This document shows positions 1 through 10,298 of a stretch of 26,577 nt of DNA, piece by piece (the first letter of the stretch is position 1; each line of letters begins with the position of its first letter). Below the pieces are notes generated by a model. It was not told where the DNA came from and ran no database searches. It was given only the letters and a program-made list of their open reading frames with translations. The position numbers were made by a program, and so were the translations under genes. Source of the DNA: a virus (lineage: Duplodnaviria > Caudoviricetes); the IMG/VR virus record IMGVR_UViG_3300002180_000056, positions 1-26,577 of that record; one strand, 5' to 3'.

Positions 1-517
1 ATGGTTATCCGATCAACCACTAGCAAGCAATGTTGGATTGGCCGCTGGTGATGACGAGCAGGTATTGGCCGAAATGAATGGGCTGTATGCAATCAGCCAA
101 GAGCTAAAAGCCCAAGGCTCGTTACTTACCGATGATAAGAAGATCTACAATATACTCAAAAAAGTGGTTCGGGCCTCTAATCAGCCAGACGTTTCGGAAT
201 ACTTTAACGACCCTGAAATACCGGAAGAAACATTGCGTGCGGCATTCGAGCAGCTAATGATACAGAATCAGCAATTGCAGCAAATGGCACAAGAAAACCC
301 GCTAGCCGAAGCGGAGGAAGTGAAAGCGCAGGCAGACTTGATCAAAGCCCAAGCAACCCAAGATCTAAACATAGCCAAACTACGTGAAGAGTCTAGGAGA
401 TTTAATGAAGAGCTTACCGCCAAGGCAAATAAGACAATCGCAGATCTTGAGGCGAAGTACGTGGAGCTTGAGCTTAAATACCAAACCGACATCACAGGCA
501 AAGGACAAGGCCAATGA
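1..517 (+). CDS. Portal protein, C-terminal part (5'-truncated by window edge)
   Basis: Frame is open from base 2 (WLSDQPLASNVGLAAGDDEQ...). 'NVGL' followed by a Q-rich coiled-coil tail and a position ahead of scaffold and capsid resemble P22-like portals. Confidence 0.75.
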   Translation, partial: WLSDQPLASNVGLAAGDDEQVLAEMNGLYAISQELKAQGSLLTDDKKIYNILKKVVRASNQPDVSEYFNDPEIPEETLRAAFEQLMIQNQQLQQMAQENPLAEAEEVKAQADLIKAQATQDLNIAKLREESRRFNEELTAKANKTIADLEAKYVELELKYQTDITGKGQGQ

Positions 518-831
518 GTCAAAAGCCAATGAGCGACCAAGAAGAAAATAAAGCTCTATCAGCTACCGCGATGTTTGGAGCAGAGGCAGAGAAAGTTTTA
601 AACAATGACGCTTATGTGTTTGCAACTACATCGATCAAGGGCCGAATAATCGCAGAATTGGCAACTATTCCTATTTTAGGGGATAATGATAAGCCATTAG
701 AGCTGGTTAGATCATTGCAGAGCATTACCAAAATTCAAGATGAGCTTGAAGAGATTATGCAAGAGGGCAAGGTGGCTGAAAGATCGCTACTTGACCGGAT
801 TAAAAATCCAAACAGATACAAACGAGTTTAA
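514..831 (+). CDS. Small conserved head-module protein
   Basis: 105 aa, ATGA overlap with portal stop, lies between portal and scaffold. Confidence 0.7.
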   Translation: MSQKPMSDQEENKALSATAMFGAEAEKVLNNDAYVFATTSIKGRIIAELATIPILGDNDKPLELVRSLQSITKIQDELEEIMQEGKVAERSLLDRIKNPNRYKRV

Positions 832-842
832 AAGGTAATTTA

Positions 843-1646
843 ATGGATAACGAAAACCCGTTTTTTTATATCTCAGAAGATGATGAGGCCGTGGAAGATA
901 CGGACAACCAAATCATTGATGAGGACTCCGATGAAATTATCATCGATGAATCAGTTGATCTTGACGCTGATGAGGATACAGAGGACGAACTAGACGATGG
1001 AGCTATTGACGTATTTGGTCGGTCGCTAACCAAAGAAGAGTTCGAAACCATGGAGTCTCAACAGCTAAAGGATGCTGATTACAGGAAAAAGACAATGGCC
1101 CTGGCTAGTGAAAGGAAAGGAGTTGCTGATCTCAACTCTGATCTAACGTCGCTTGTTTCAGAGCTTGAGGCTTTATTTTTGTCCGAAGTTAGCAGTGATG
1201 AAATGGAAGAGCTGAAACAGGATGATTATGTTGGGTATTTACGACGCAAAGAATCCATAGATGCGAAACGCGAAACACTGACCAAGGCGAAAGCCAAAAG
1301 CCAAGAGGCGTTATCTTCCACTATCTCCAGCGAGAACCAAAAGCTTATTGATGTAATGACCGAATGGAAAGATCCCAAAAAAGGACAAACTACCCAGAAG
1401 TCAGACCTCGACGGAGCTTACAAGTACGCTGTGAATTTAGGGTTCAGCAATGATGACATCGGCAAGCTTTCTGATCACCGGATCACGAGAGCATTAATTG
1501 ATGCTGGCAAGTATCGCAAGCTGAAGGACTCGAGCGTTTCGCAATTGAAGCGCAAGACCAAAGCAGGCAAGAAAACAGCCAGTGAAAGCGCCAAGGGGTC
1601 AAAACAGACCACTATGGCCGAACGATTTTACGGAGTGAATAAATAA
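843..1646 (+). CDS. Capsid scaffolding protein
   Basis: Very acidic N-terminus, 'DYRKKTMALA' motif, coiled coil, basic C-terminus, directly upstream of major capsid. Confidence 0.8.
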   Translation: MDNENPFFYISEDDEAVEDTDNQIIDEDSDEIIIDESVDLDADEDTEDELDDGAIDVFGRSLTKEEFETMESQQLKDADYRKKTMALASERKGVADLNSDLTSLVSELEALFLSEVSSDEMEELKQDDYVGYLRRKESIDAKRETLTKAKAKSQEALSSTISSENQKLIDVMTEWKDPKKGQTTQKSDLDGAYKYAVNLGFSNDDIGKLSDHRITRALIDAGKYRKLKDSSVSQLKRKTKAGKKTASESAKGSKQTTMAERFYGVNK

Positions 1647-2662
1647 TGGCTACACTATCAACAACAATGCCCACCATGTTGGATTGGGCTAAAACACGCG
1701 ACCCAAGCGGCAATACGGCTGATATAGTCGAAATGCTGGCGCAGGTAAACTCAGCCGCACAAGATCAGGTAATGGTTGAGGGCAATCTGCCAACGGGTCA
1801 TCAAACAACAATCAGAACCGGACTACCTACCGCTTACTATCGGATGGTTAACGCTGGTACTCCACCTTCAAAAGCAACGCAAGTTCAAGTAACAGAAAAC
1901 TGTGCAATGCTTGAAAGCCGATCTCATGTTGATTTTAAGCAGGCTAATTTGCAGAATGATTCGGTAGCGTATCGCTTGCAGCAAGCTAGAGCGCACGTTG
2001 AAGGCATGTCTCAGACCGATGCCACTACAATGTTCTACGGTTCTGCGGCAAACCCAGAAGAGTACGTGGGATTGTCTAACCGTTACAATGATCTATCAGC
2101 CGCTAATGCAGATAATATTATCGACGCTGGCGGTACTAGCACTGATAATATGTCGGTATGGCTAATTGGTTGGGGTGATAATGCTATTCACGGCATATTC
2201 CCTAAAGGCTCTAACGTCGGTATTGATCATCAAGATCTTGGCGTTGATGACGTTGATGACGCAGACGGTAATCCTTTCCGCGCATACAAAGACCTTTTCC
2301 AGTTGGATAAAGGTTTAGTTGTGGCAAACTGGCAGTATGGTGTACGGATTGCCAATATTGACAATTCTGATCTTATCGGCGCTACAGGCACGCAGGCGGC
2401 TTCTGCGGCTACAGCAGTAATTAAGCTGATGTCACGCGCAATTGATCACATACCATCGATTGATTCCGTTAACGCTGCGTTTTATGTTAACCGCACCCTT
2501 GCTTCTCACTTGCGCGTTGCTGCGCTAGATAAGAGCAATAGCGCGGTGACTATCGAGCCAGCTATCAATCAGTTTGGGCGTTCAATTCATCAAATGATGT
2601 TTTTGGGTATTCCTGTTCGTCTTCAAGACGTTCTAACCGTTGCCGAAGCCCGAGTGGTTTAA
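1646..2662 (+). CDS. Major capsid protein (HK97 fold, BPP-1 Bbp17-like)
   Basis: 338 aa; 'IVEMLAQVN', 'EGNLPTGHQTTIRTGLP', C-terminal 'FLGIPVRLQDVLTVAEARVV' recalled from this capsid family. Confidence 0.9.
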   Translation: MATLSTTMPTMLDWAKTRDPSGNTADIVEMLAQVNSAAQDQVMVEGNLPTGHQTTIRTGLPTAYYRMVNAGTPPSKATQVQVTENCAMLESRSHVDFKQANLQNDSVAYRLQQARAHVEGMSQTDATTMFYGSAANPEEYVGLSNRYNDLSAANADNIIDAGGTSTDNMSVWLIGWGDNAIHGIFPKGSNVGIDHQDLGVDDVDDADGNPFRAYKDLFQLDKGLVVANWQYGVRIANIDNSDLIGATGTQAASAATAVIKLMSRAIDHIPSIDSVNAAFYVNRTLASHLRVAALDKSNSAVTIEPAINQFGRSIHQMMFLGIPVRLQDVLTVAEARVV

Positions 2663-2673
2663 GGAGAAGCAAT

Positions 2674-3147
2674 ATGTATATTGATAAGCTTTTAAAACTG
2701 TCAGACGCGCAAGCGCTAACCGCTACAGCGGTCGGCACTAACGTAGTCGATCTTGAAGTAGTTGCTGGGATTGGTAACGGTACGCCTATGGCTGTAGTGT
2801 TCTCGGTAGGTGTTACGGCGGATCAAACCACAGGTGATGAGGATTACACCTTTGATGTTGAGTACGCAACCAACGCCGCGCAGTCTACCGGCGCTCAGTT
2901 GATGGGGCGGCGAATATTTGAATCAGGCACACCAGGAGCGCCCGCACAGGATGCTGATTTACTGGTTGCTGGGTTCGTGTTCGCTATTCCTATCCCGCCA
3001 ACTACTACAGGCGAGGCCGGTGATTTTATCGGCGTTCGTTACACCTTGGCTGGAACTACCCCGACTATTACGGTTGACGCTTGGATAGCGCCGCTGAGTG
3101 ATGTTTCTCAGTATGTTTCTTATGCTGATAACGTAACCATCGGGTAA
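2674..3147 (+). CDS. Capsid cement/decoration protein (Bbp16-like)
   Basis: 'MYIDKLLKLSDAQALTATAVGTNVVDL' N-terminus, beta-rich, follows capsid gene, RBS AAGGAG. Confidence 0.75.
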   Translation: MYIDKLLKLSDAQALTATAVGTNVVDLEVVAGIGNGTPMAVVFSVGVTADQTTGDEDYTFDVEYATNAAQSTGAQLMGRRIFESGTPGAPAQDADLLVAGFVFAIPIPPTTTGEAGDFIGVRYTLAGTTPTITVDAWIAPLSDVSQYVSYADNVTIG

Positions 3148-3152
3148 CTGAA

Positions 3153-3350
3153 ATGAAGGTTAGAGCAATTAAGCGGGGATTCTTTGGCGGTGAGTATAGA
3201 AAGCCAGGGGGAGAGCCGTTTGATTGCTCTAAATCTGAATTTAGTTCTAACTGGATGGAAGTAGTCAGGAAGAACTCAAAGCCTTTGGATTTAGGCGGGT
3301 ATGTTCCTTTGGAGATACCTGGCTTGATGTATAAGGATAAAAAGGATTAA
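3153..3350 (+). CDS. Small hypothetical head-module protein
   Basis: 65 aa 'MKVRAIKRGFFGG..R.PG..F', fills the operon gap. Confidence 0.65.
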   Translation: MKVRAIKRGFFGGEYRKPGGEPFDCSKSEFSSNWMEVVRKNSKPLDLGGYVPLEIPGLMYKDKKD

Positions 3351-3352
3351 TT

Positions 3353-3988
3353 GTGGCCCTTGATACCTACAGCAACCTGAAAGCGTCTATTGTCGAATGG
3401 TCGCACCGTGAAGATGTAGCCGACAAGCTGGATGATTTCATAGCGTTAGCTGAACAGGAAATGTTTAACAATAGGGTTGAGGCGCTGATAGTCCGTGAGC
3501 AAGAAACCCGATCCACAGCTTCAATGACGATTGACTCAAGATTTGTACCTCTGCCAGATGGGTTCACATCGATGCGGCGGCTACTGATAGATGACACCAC
3601 AACAAACGCTATTCAATATCCGTTATCTTATAAAACCCCTGAGGCATTGGGAGTATCGCCATTTAGCGGCTGCCCTTCAATGTTTACGGTAACAAGTCAG
3701 CTAGAATTTAATTGCCCCGCTGATATTGAATACAATCTATCCATGCAGTACATGGCTACACCAACAGCGCTATCATCATCAAACACGACAAACGATATAT
3801 TAACCAATTACCCGTCTATTTACCTTGCGGGGAGTTTGTGGGCGCTATACCGATGGGCCAAGGACACAGAAAGCGCGTCAGGTGCTTATGATGATTTTAT
3901 CAGCGCTATAATTGGCGCAAACCAAGCAGCAAGAGAAGGCAGGTATGGCCCTTCGCCAGTAATTAGAAACCAAGGCTATACCGTTTAG
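3353..3988 (+). CDS. Head-tail adaptor protein
   Basis: 'TYSNLKASIVEW..R.D....DFIALAE' and 'YPSIYLAGSL' motifs; position after capsid genes. Confidence 0.7.
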   Translation: MALDTYSNLKASIVEWSHREDVADKLDDFIALAEQEMFNNRVEALIVREQETRSTASMTIDSRFVPLPDGFTSMRRLLIDDTTTNAIQYPLSYKTPEALGVSPFSGCPSMFTVTSQLEFNCPADIEYNLSMQYMATPTALSSSNTTNDILTNYPSIYLAGSLWALYRWAKDTESASGAYDDFISAIIGANQAAREGRYGPSPVIRNQGYTV

Positions 3989-4000
3989 CAGGGTGGAATA

Positions 4001-5398
4001 ATGCCTTTCAAACAAGTCCCAGTCAATTTTACAGGGGCATCCTATACCCACAGGTCTAGATCATTGTCGGCACAAAAGACAATGAATCTGATCCCCGAGT
4101 TTGTACCCAGCGGAAAATCCCAAAGCGCAATAACGTCATGGTATGGATCAAAAGCATGGTCTGTTGATGATACGCGCAGATTGGATAGAGGGCTGCACGT
4201 ATTCGCCGGTACGTTGTATAAGGTAACAGACCAAACCCTCTACGGCATCACAGGGCAAGGCGTACAGACATCACTCGGAACCATTGACGGCATAAATCCT
4301 TGCATATTCGCTGATGACGGTTACACCATGCGAATTGCTACAGGGTCAAAAGACTATCTCGTTACCGGCGGGGTATTATCAGAGCTAACCGACGTTGATC
4401 TAAAACCTGGTAATTCTGTAGCATACCTAAACCAGCAAATGATCAACGATTCAACAGCCGGACAGTTTCAGACCTCCGATGTTGGAGTGCCTGGATCGAT
4501 AGCATCTAATAATTTTGCGACAGCAGAAAGCGCTCCAGACGACACAATTAGAGTATTCACGTTCAACGAAAGGCTGTATCTGTTTGGTGACAGAAGTAGC
4601 GTAGAGACTTGGTATAATTCAGATACAGGAAACCCGCCATTCGATCGCGTTCAAGGCGGCACGATGAATATAGGTATGGATTCTCCATACTCTGTAGCCA
4701 GCACGCCAGAATACGTTTATTTCCTTGGCATTGACTCAGTAGTGTATAAATTCAGCGCAACCCAACCAGACCCGATAACACCACCTGCAATATCGGCAGA
4801 GTTTGCAACCTACACCACTACAGATGCCAGAGCCTTTATCGTTAGGATTGAAGGGATGGAGTTCTATGTCCTTGCATTCCCTACCGATGGCAAGACATGG
4901 GCCTATAACGAGGAGGCCAGTGCGTGGTTTGAGCTATCAACCGGGGCCAATGAAGGTCAATATATTGGCACGTCATACGCAGAGGCATACGGCAAAAAGC
5001 TGATAGCGGCGGGGGGTAGCGTCTTAGAGCTGGACGCAGACACCTACACCGACAACGGCGACGTGATAATTAACGAAAGGGTCAGCCCTCCGATCATTAG
5101 CGGAGTTGGAAACAGAATAGAAATGTCCTCGTTTACCCTAGTAATGGAAACGGGCGTTGGATTAATAACAGGGCAAGGGGTGAATCCTGTAGCGATGTTC
5201 TCCGCGTCATTAGATGGTGGTAAATCATTTGGGCCTGAATCAGCGGTGGAGATCGGTAGAACAGGCCAAAGCCGCGAGAAGGTAACATGGTACAACATGG
5301 CATCGGCTTATGAGATCGTTATCAAAGTAAGGATTAGTGATCCGGTGTTTGTATCGATCCATAACGCATCTATTGAAATTAGGGAGGCAGGCTACTGA
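4001..5398 (+). CDS. Tail hub / packaged-DNA stabilisation protein (P22 gp10-like)
   Basis: 465 aa beta-propeller-like; 'FATAESAPD', 'SVETWYN', 'FYVLAFPT..KTWAY', 'METGVG', 'SLDGGKSFG'. Confidence 0.85.
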   Translation: MPFKQVPVNFTGASYTHRSRSLSAQKTMNLIPEFVPSGKSQSAITSWYGSKAWSVDDTRRLDRGLHVFAGTLYKVTDQTLYGITGQGVQTSLGTIDGINPCIFADDGYTMRIATGSKDYLVTGGVLSELTDVDLKPGNSVAYLNQQMINDSTAGQFQTSDVGVPGSIASNNFATAESAPDDTIRVFTFNERLYLFGDRSSVETWYNSDTGNPPFDRVQGGTMNIGMDSPYSVASTPEYVYFLGIDSVVYKFSATQPDPITPPAISAEFATYTTTDARAFIVRIEGMEFYVLAFPTDGKTWAYNEEASAWFELSTGANEGQYIGTSYAEAYGKKLIAAGGSVLELDADTYTDNGDVIINERVSPPIISGVGNRIEMSSFTLVMETGVGLITGQGVNPVAMFSASLDGGKSFGPESAVEIGRTGQSREKVTWYNMASAYEIVIKVRISDPVFVSIHNASIEIREAGY

Positions 5399-5901
5399 TG
5401 GCTGTAAGAGTTGACCCGTTTCTACACCCTATCCCGCCAGAATTAAGAAAGGACAAAGAAACCCGAGCATTCTTCGAGTATTTCACCCGCTGGGCGCATG
5501 ATATGTGGGTTAGGTCAGGCGGTGGTAATGATGAGATCGCAGCCGAGGCAACCCGCGAACTATTCCCATGGGACATTACAGAACAAGATCTCGACAATGT
5601 ATCAAACCTATTCCAGTGGCAACCAAGCACCACTGGACAATTCAGGGCAACCACAGAGTCGACAGACTATACCGCACTACCTTTTGACTTCGTTAACGCT
5701 ACAACCGGCGCAACCATAACCTTTCCGGAATACCCGCAGGAAAATGATATAATAATGATCAGGAACGGTGACGGGTCAAGGATTAAGTTGAACGGAAACG
5801 GTAAGACTATTAACGGATCATCGACTGGAGAGTTAAGCCGCGAAGGAACGGCGATAGAGTTCTACTATTTTATAGATTCTGATGAGTGGGTGGCAAAATG
5901 A
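5398..5901 (+). CDS. Tail-associated virion protein
   Basis: Directly follows the gp10-like gene; C-terminal 'TITFP...GKTING...W' beta module seen in tail proteins. Confidence 0.55.
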   Translation: MAVRVDPFLHPIPPELRKDKETRAFFEYFTRWAHDMWVRSGGGNDEIAAEATRELFPWDITEQDLDNVSNLFQWQPSTTGQFRATTESTDYTALPFDFVNATTGATITFPEYPQENDIIMIRNGDGSRIKLNGNGKTINGSSTGELSREGTAIEFYYFIDSDEWVAK

Positions 5902-6053
5902 GTTTCAAGCCTGATGACACGACCCACGAATCATACATTGAAGATCTGCTAGAAGAGCAAAACACACTATTAAAATCATTGATCATACTCATTAGTGAGG
6001 CGGCAAATGAAGATCCATTATCAGTCATTGATTCAGCGGAGAAATTGACATGA
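5898..6053 (+). CDS. Small hypothetical protein, 51 aa (not in ORF track)
   Basis: MSFKPDDTTHESYIEDLLEEQNTLLKSLIILISEAANEDPLSVIDSAEKLT; ATGA overlaps at both ends. Confidence 0.7.
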   Translation: MSFKPDDTTHESYIEDLLEEQNTLLKSLIILISEAANEDPLSVIDSAEKLT

Positions 6054-6613
6054 CACAAGTACGCGGCATTAACAACAATCCAATGGATGTTACTTCTGAG
6101 CATCGAGGCAAAGTATCATCCATAGGTCAGCCTGTCGATCAGCATGTAAATCACCACACTGGCAAGGTATGGAGCGTATCGTTTTTTGACGTTAACCCAA
6201 TTGGTGCGGGCGATTATGTTTTTTACTTTAACAACACAGGAAGCGCTGAGATAGCTGTTTCTGATTTTAGAATGGCGGTATCTACAACGGCAAGCCGGAT
6301 ATTTATAGATGCGGTATCAGGAACGCCGTCATTTACAGCGGGGGCAGATCTTGCCCCAGTATCAAGGAATATTGGAACATCGCCAACAATTGACGCAATC
6401 ATAAAAAGCGATACCGATACCACAGGGCTAACCAATGACGGTGTGCTGTTTTTTATGGATTTGGATACAGTTGATAAAATGTTCCATCTATCTACATCAT
6501 CTAAAATTGTAATCCCACAAGGTAAATCAATTGCTATCAGGTTTGAAGCTGCAACAGGTGAGTTGAGCGGAGTGGTTTCGTTTATTGAGCTACCGCCTGC
6601 GGATGACCTGTAG
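6050..6613 (+). CDS. Putative virion structural protein
   Basis: 187 aa, beta-rich, within structural operon. Confidence 0.55.
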   Translation: MTQVRGINNNPMDVTSEHRGKVSSIGQPVDQHVNHHTGKVWSVSFFDVNPIGAGDYVFYFNNTGSAEIAVSDFRMAVSTTASRIFIDAVSGTPSFTAGADLAPVSRNIGTSPTIDAIIKSDTDTTGLTNDGVLFFMDLDTVDKMFHLSTSSKIVIPQGKSIAIRFEAATGELSGVVSFIELPPADDL

Positions 6614-7674
6614 TGTTCCAGTTTTTGTTAGCTGGGCGCAAAGGCGGAACCGCTGATGTAGTTGATGGCAGGCTACAGGTAGGCACGTCTCCAGCTACTA
6701 AGTATGAGCCACAAAGCAGGTTTATGGTGGACTCTAACGGTTCGCCGTTGATGAATATCAATGGGGCGGCTTCTGGAGCAACCGAAGGCATCCACGATGG
6801 TACAGACTCAGTATTGTGGACGGCAACGGCATTATCTGGAACGTGGGACTTTGCAAGCACAGCACAGGCAGCAAGCGGGACAAAATCAATTGACGCAACC
6901 GCTGTTAGTAATGGCGATCAGGCGGTTATAACAAGATCAACCCCGTTAACTGCTACAAACTACACCATTATGACGGGGAAAGTTTATTTAACTACATACA
7001 ACTCAACAAAAAACACAATTGATTTCAGTGGTAGGCTTGCTGGAGTTCAGTCAGGGATTTCTATAAATATTGGCGATTATATTGACCCAAGTCTTCTAAA
7101 TGTCTGGCAGTCGTTCCAGATCCCCGTCTCAGTTTTTGAGGCAACAAGTGCAATTGATGAACTACTGATTACTATAACCGCAACCGGAACTCCTCCTGCT
7201 TTTTATTTAGATGAAATTGATCTTCGAGAGGGCGGCGGGATAATTTACAGCACAAACCTAAGCTTGGGTGAAGTGTTCGAGTACAACCGATTAGACATAC
7301 TGATGGTTGATGCTTACACAGGCATTACGACCGTAGCAGGCGCGACAGAAAACGCCACTATGACCAATCTATCCTATGATCAGTTTTTGGGAGTTCCGCA
7401 GCTAACCACAGGCATTACATTCCAGCGACAAGTGTTTGGCGAGGTTCTAACCTCAGGCAACGTCAAAGGGTTGGGCGATACAGTTTTGGGCGGTGCCAGG
7501 ATTATGTCGGTGGCAAGCGATGGAACAAATACTATGCTACACCTCAGGTTAGAGTTTGCGGATTGGGTAAGGCTTAGTGAGCCGGATGGCGATGAACTGG
7601 TTGTTATAATCAACGATGATCTAACCGGACTAATAGATTTTAAAACAGTATTAGTTGGCAGAGAGGTCAAGTAA
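6613..7674 (+). CDS. Putative virion protein with a possible carbohydrate-binding-like domain
   Basis: 353 aa T/G/S-rich; 'WQSFQIPVSVF' and 'FYLDEIDL' resemble CBM jelly-roll strands. Confidence 0.5.
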   Translation: MFQFLLAGRKGGTADVVDGRLQVGTSPATKYEPQSRFMVDSNGSPLMNINGAASGATEGIHDGTDSVLWTATALSGTWDFASTAQAASGTKSIDATAVSNGDQAVITRSTPLTATNYTIMTGKVYLTTYNSTKNTIDFSGRLAGVQSGISINIGDYIDPSLLNVWQSFQIPVSVFEATSAIDELLITITATGTPPAFYLDEIDLREGGGIIYSTNLSLGEVFEYNRLDILMVDAYTGITTVAGATENATMTNLSYDQFLGVPQLTTGITFQRQVFGEVLTSGNVKGLGDTVLGGARIMSVASDGTNTMLHLRLEFADWVRLSEPDGDELVVIINDDLTGLIDFKTVLVGREVK

Positions 7675-7676
7675 TA

Positions 7677-8021
7677 ATGCCTACCAAGTTATCCAATTTC
7701 ACGATTGAAGATCAGCTTAATAGCTCAGAAGAAACGCTCATTTCTGCTGGATCAAGTGAGAAAAAGTTTATCGGATCAATGCTTTTGTTTAATACATCGT
7801 CGAGTGCAGTAGAGGTCACGCTATGGCTTGTTCTGACTGCGACCACAGGCACCACAGGATCAGGCGGCAATCATGCCTTCGTTAAAACTATCCCGGCTAA
7901 CTCAGGGCTAAGACCCTCAGATCTGATTGGACAGGTTATCGATAACAGCATGAAGTTAAGCGGCAAGGCTGGCACAGCCGATGTAATTAACGTGATTGTA
8001 TCAGGCACCACAGAGACATGA
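7677..8021 (+). CDS. Small virion protein
   Basis: 114 aa beta-rich, ends 'INVIVSGTTET'. Confidence 0.55.
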   Translation: MPTKLSNFTIEDQLNSSEETLISAGSSEKKFIGSMLLFNTSSSAVEVTLWLVLTATTGTTGSGGNHAFVKTIPANSGLRPSDLIGQVIDNSMKLSGKAGTADVINVIVSGTTET

Positions 8022-8491
8022 TGCAAAGCATTCAACCAGAGCGCAGCGAAGAGTATATTCGAGAGTTTATGAACAAGCCCGAGATATATCGATACGCGGC
8101 TGAGTATGGCGCTGGCCCTATAGAGCCGGAGGTATGCGGTAGAGAGCTTTGGTTATCCTATATCGTAGATGGCGCTAAAGTCGGCCTAGCAAGCTTGCAC
8201 GTAGTTACAGGCACAATGGTTCAGTGTCACCCGTACATTCTACGAGAGCACAAAGAACACTACGTCAGCATGATAAAATCTATCTTTAAATGGTTTGTGG
8301 GCAATATGCCGCCTTATGCTGTAAAATTGAACGCATTAATACCAACGATATTCAAAGCCACCATTGAATCAGTGATAGAAGCAGGCGGGAAAGTGGAAGG
8401 AATAGACCGGCAAAGCTTTAGATATTCAGAAACTAGGGTCTATGATCGTGTTTTGATGGGTATCACGCGGGAGGAGATGGCTAATGGCTAA
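8018..8491 (+). CDS. GNAT-fold acetyltransferase-like protein (P22 gp14-like position)
   Basis: 'G.KVEGIDRQSF......YDRVLMGITREE' C-terminal motif; immediately before ejection genes. Confidence 0.7.
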   Translation: MMQSIQPERSEEYIREFMNKPEIYRYAAEYGAGPIEPEVCGRELWLSYIVDGAKVGLASLHVVTGTMVQCHPYILREHKEHYVSMIKSIFKWFVGNMPPYAVKLNALIPTIFKATIESVIEAGGKVEGIDRQSFRYSETRVYDRVLMGITREEMANG

Positions 8492-9101
8492 AGCAGCAAG
8501 CAAGGTTATTGAGGTTGGATCTCTTGGTATCATCAAAGATCCGCTAGGCATTGAGGCTGGAGAACAGGCGGCGCAACAAGCTGCAAACATCCAAGCGCAG
8601 GCCGGAACAGAGGCTATCGCGTTTCAGGAAAGAGCTTTAGAGACTACCAGAGGCGATCTACAGACCTTCCGTGAAGCTGGCACAGAGTCTATACCGTTAT
8701 TGCAGCAAGCCATTAACGATCCCTCAGAGCGAGTATTAAACAATCCTTTTTATACTGCCTTGGCAGAACAACAGGAGCAACGCCTACTAAACTCGGCTGC
8801 TGCGCGGGGCAAAGTTGGTTCAGGCGGTACAGATGACGCATTAACCCGTAACATGCTGTTATTGGGTAATCAGTTCGCGCAACAGGACATCGGCAACCTT
8901 CAAAGCCTTTCTACCATCGGTGCTAATGCAGCGGCCAGAACCGGAACAGCTACACAAAACACAGCTACAAGCGTATCCGACCTTATGACCCAAATAGCCA
9001 ATGCAGAATCAGCGGGCGTGGTTGGTTCGGCTAATGCTGGCGCAGCGGCGACCAGAGATCTTCTACAGGTTGCTGGAATGACCGCTGGCGCGATTCTATA
9101 G
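8484..9101 (+). CDS. DNA ejection protein (P22 gp7-like)
   Basis: A/Q/G-rich; 'LLNSAAARGKVGSG', 'IGANAAA'. Confidence 0.75.
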   Translation: MAKAASKVIEVGSLGIIKDPLGIEAGEQAAQQAANIQAQAGTEAIAFQERALETTRGDLQTFREAGTESIPLLQQAINDPSERVLNNPFYTALAEQQEQRLLNSAAARGKVGSGGTDDALTRNMLLLGNQFAQQDIGNLQSLSTIGANAAARTGTATQNTATSVSDLMTQIANAESAGVVGSANAGAAATRDLLQVAGMTAGAIL

Positions 9102-9109
9102 GAGCTATC

Positions 9110-10294
9110 ATGGCGCTAAACGAAAACATCATATTATCAGGCCAAACAACAGGCCAATTGTCTGCGCTGGCTGAAGGCGGCGTTCAAGGACTCCAAGTTC
9201 GTTCTATGCTCGACCAGATGAACCAGGAGCGCGAATTTAAACCTATCCGCAAAAGCCTTCTTGAATCACAAGCCCAACAACAAGTAGAGCTAGGCGATCA
9301 AGCCGCAATTGATGCAGAGCGCAAGCGTGAAGCTATATCTATGGCAACCGGAGCGATGGAGGTTTTGCCATTCCTGACCGGAGACAATATCGATATTCAA
9401 GGCGCTGTCGAAGCCGTGGATAGACGCTCACAAAGATTAGTATCAGAGGGTCGCACAGACCTATCCGACACCGTAGCAGTAGCAGAGGCTTTGGAATCAG
9501 GCGATCCACAAAGAATTCATCAAGTCACCAAGCAGATGCAATCTATTGTGGATATTGCTGAGAAGCAGGGGTTGTTTGGTGTAGGTAAAAGCGCTTCCCA
9601 GCGAGATTTTGAATCGAAGATAGCTAATTTATCGGAAGAGGAAAAAGAAGAAGCAAGGCGTATAAATCTAGGATTAGACCCTAGGGCTGTAGGATCAGCA
9701 GCACAGACAATAGCGGAAGAAGGTACGACAGAAGAGGTTGCAGAATCAGAGGCGGTTATTGCTGCACGAAAAGCCGCAGAGGTAGAGACTGCCAAACTAT
9801 CATCCCAGCTTGAGTTAAAGCCAGAGGTAGAGGCCGCTGTTGTTGCGTCGGTCGCTGAGGCTAAACGAGCCGGCGATCTTATTGGGGAGCAAAGAAACAA
9901 CAAGGCGGCTTTAAGGATATATGAAACAGCAATTACCGGACTGACTGAGGCGCTCGGAGGCACAATAACTGGCCCTGGAGCTGGCTGGATTCCAGCGTTA
10001 ACGTCAAACGCTCAAATAGCAAATGGAGCAATTGCTTCTATGGCTCCGATACTGAAACAAATATTCAGAGCAGTCGGTGAAGGTGTTTTTACCGACAAAG
10101 ACCAAGAGCTATTGTTAGGTATGATTCCAAGTCGACACACCACGCCAAAAGCGAGAGTTTCTCAGCTTTCTAATATTGACGCGATTGTTAGAGCTAAATT
10201 AAATGTTCCTGCTGTAGAAGGCAGCAACAACGAAGCTGATCCTGCGAAACCTCCTATTATGTCGCAAGCAGCTATAGACCTACTGACGGAATAG
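9110..10294 (+). CDS. DNA ejection protein (gp20-like position)
   Basis: 394 aa helical; 'FRAVGEGVFTDKDQELL' motif; second of three internal virion genes. Confidence 0.65.
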   Translation: MALNENIILSGQTTGQLSALAEGGVQGLQVRSMLDQMNQEREFKPIRKSLLESQAQQQVELGDQAAIDAERKREAISMATGAMEVLPFLTGDNIDIQGAVEAVDRRSQRLVSEGRTDLSDTVAVAEALESGDPQRIHQVTKQMQSIVDIAEKQGLFGVGKSASQRDFESKIANLSEEEKEEARRINLGLDPRAVGSAAQTIAEEGTTEEVAESEAVIAARKAAEVETAKLSSQLELKPEVEAAVVASVAEAKRAGDLIGEQRNNKAALRIYETAITGLTEALGGTITGPGAGWIPALTSNAQIANGAIASMAPILKQIFRAVGEGVFTDKDQELLLGMIPSRHTTPKARVSQLSNIDAIVRAKLNVPAVEGSNNEADPAKPPIMSQAAIDLLTE

Positions 10295-10298
10295 GCTG

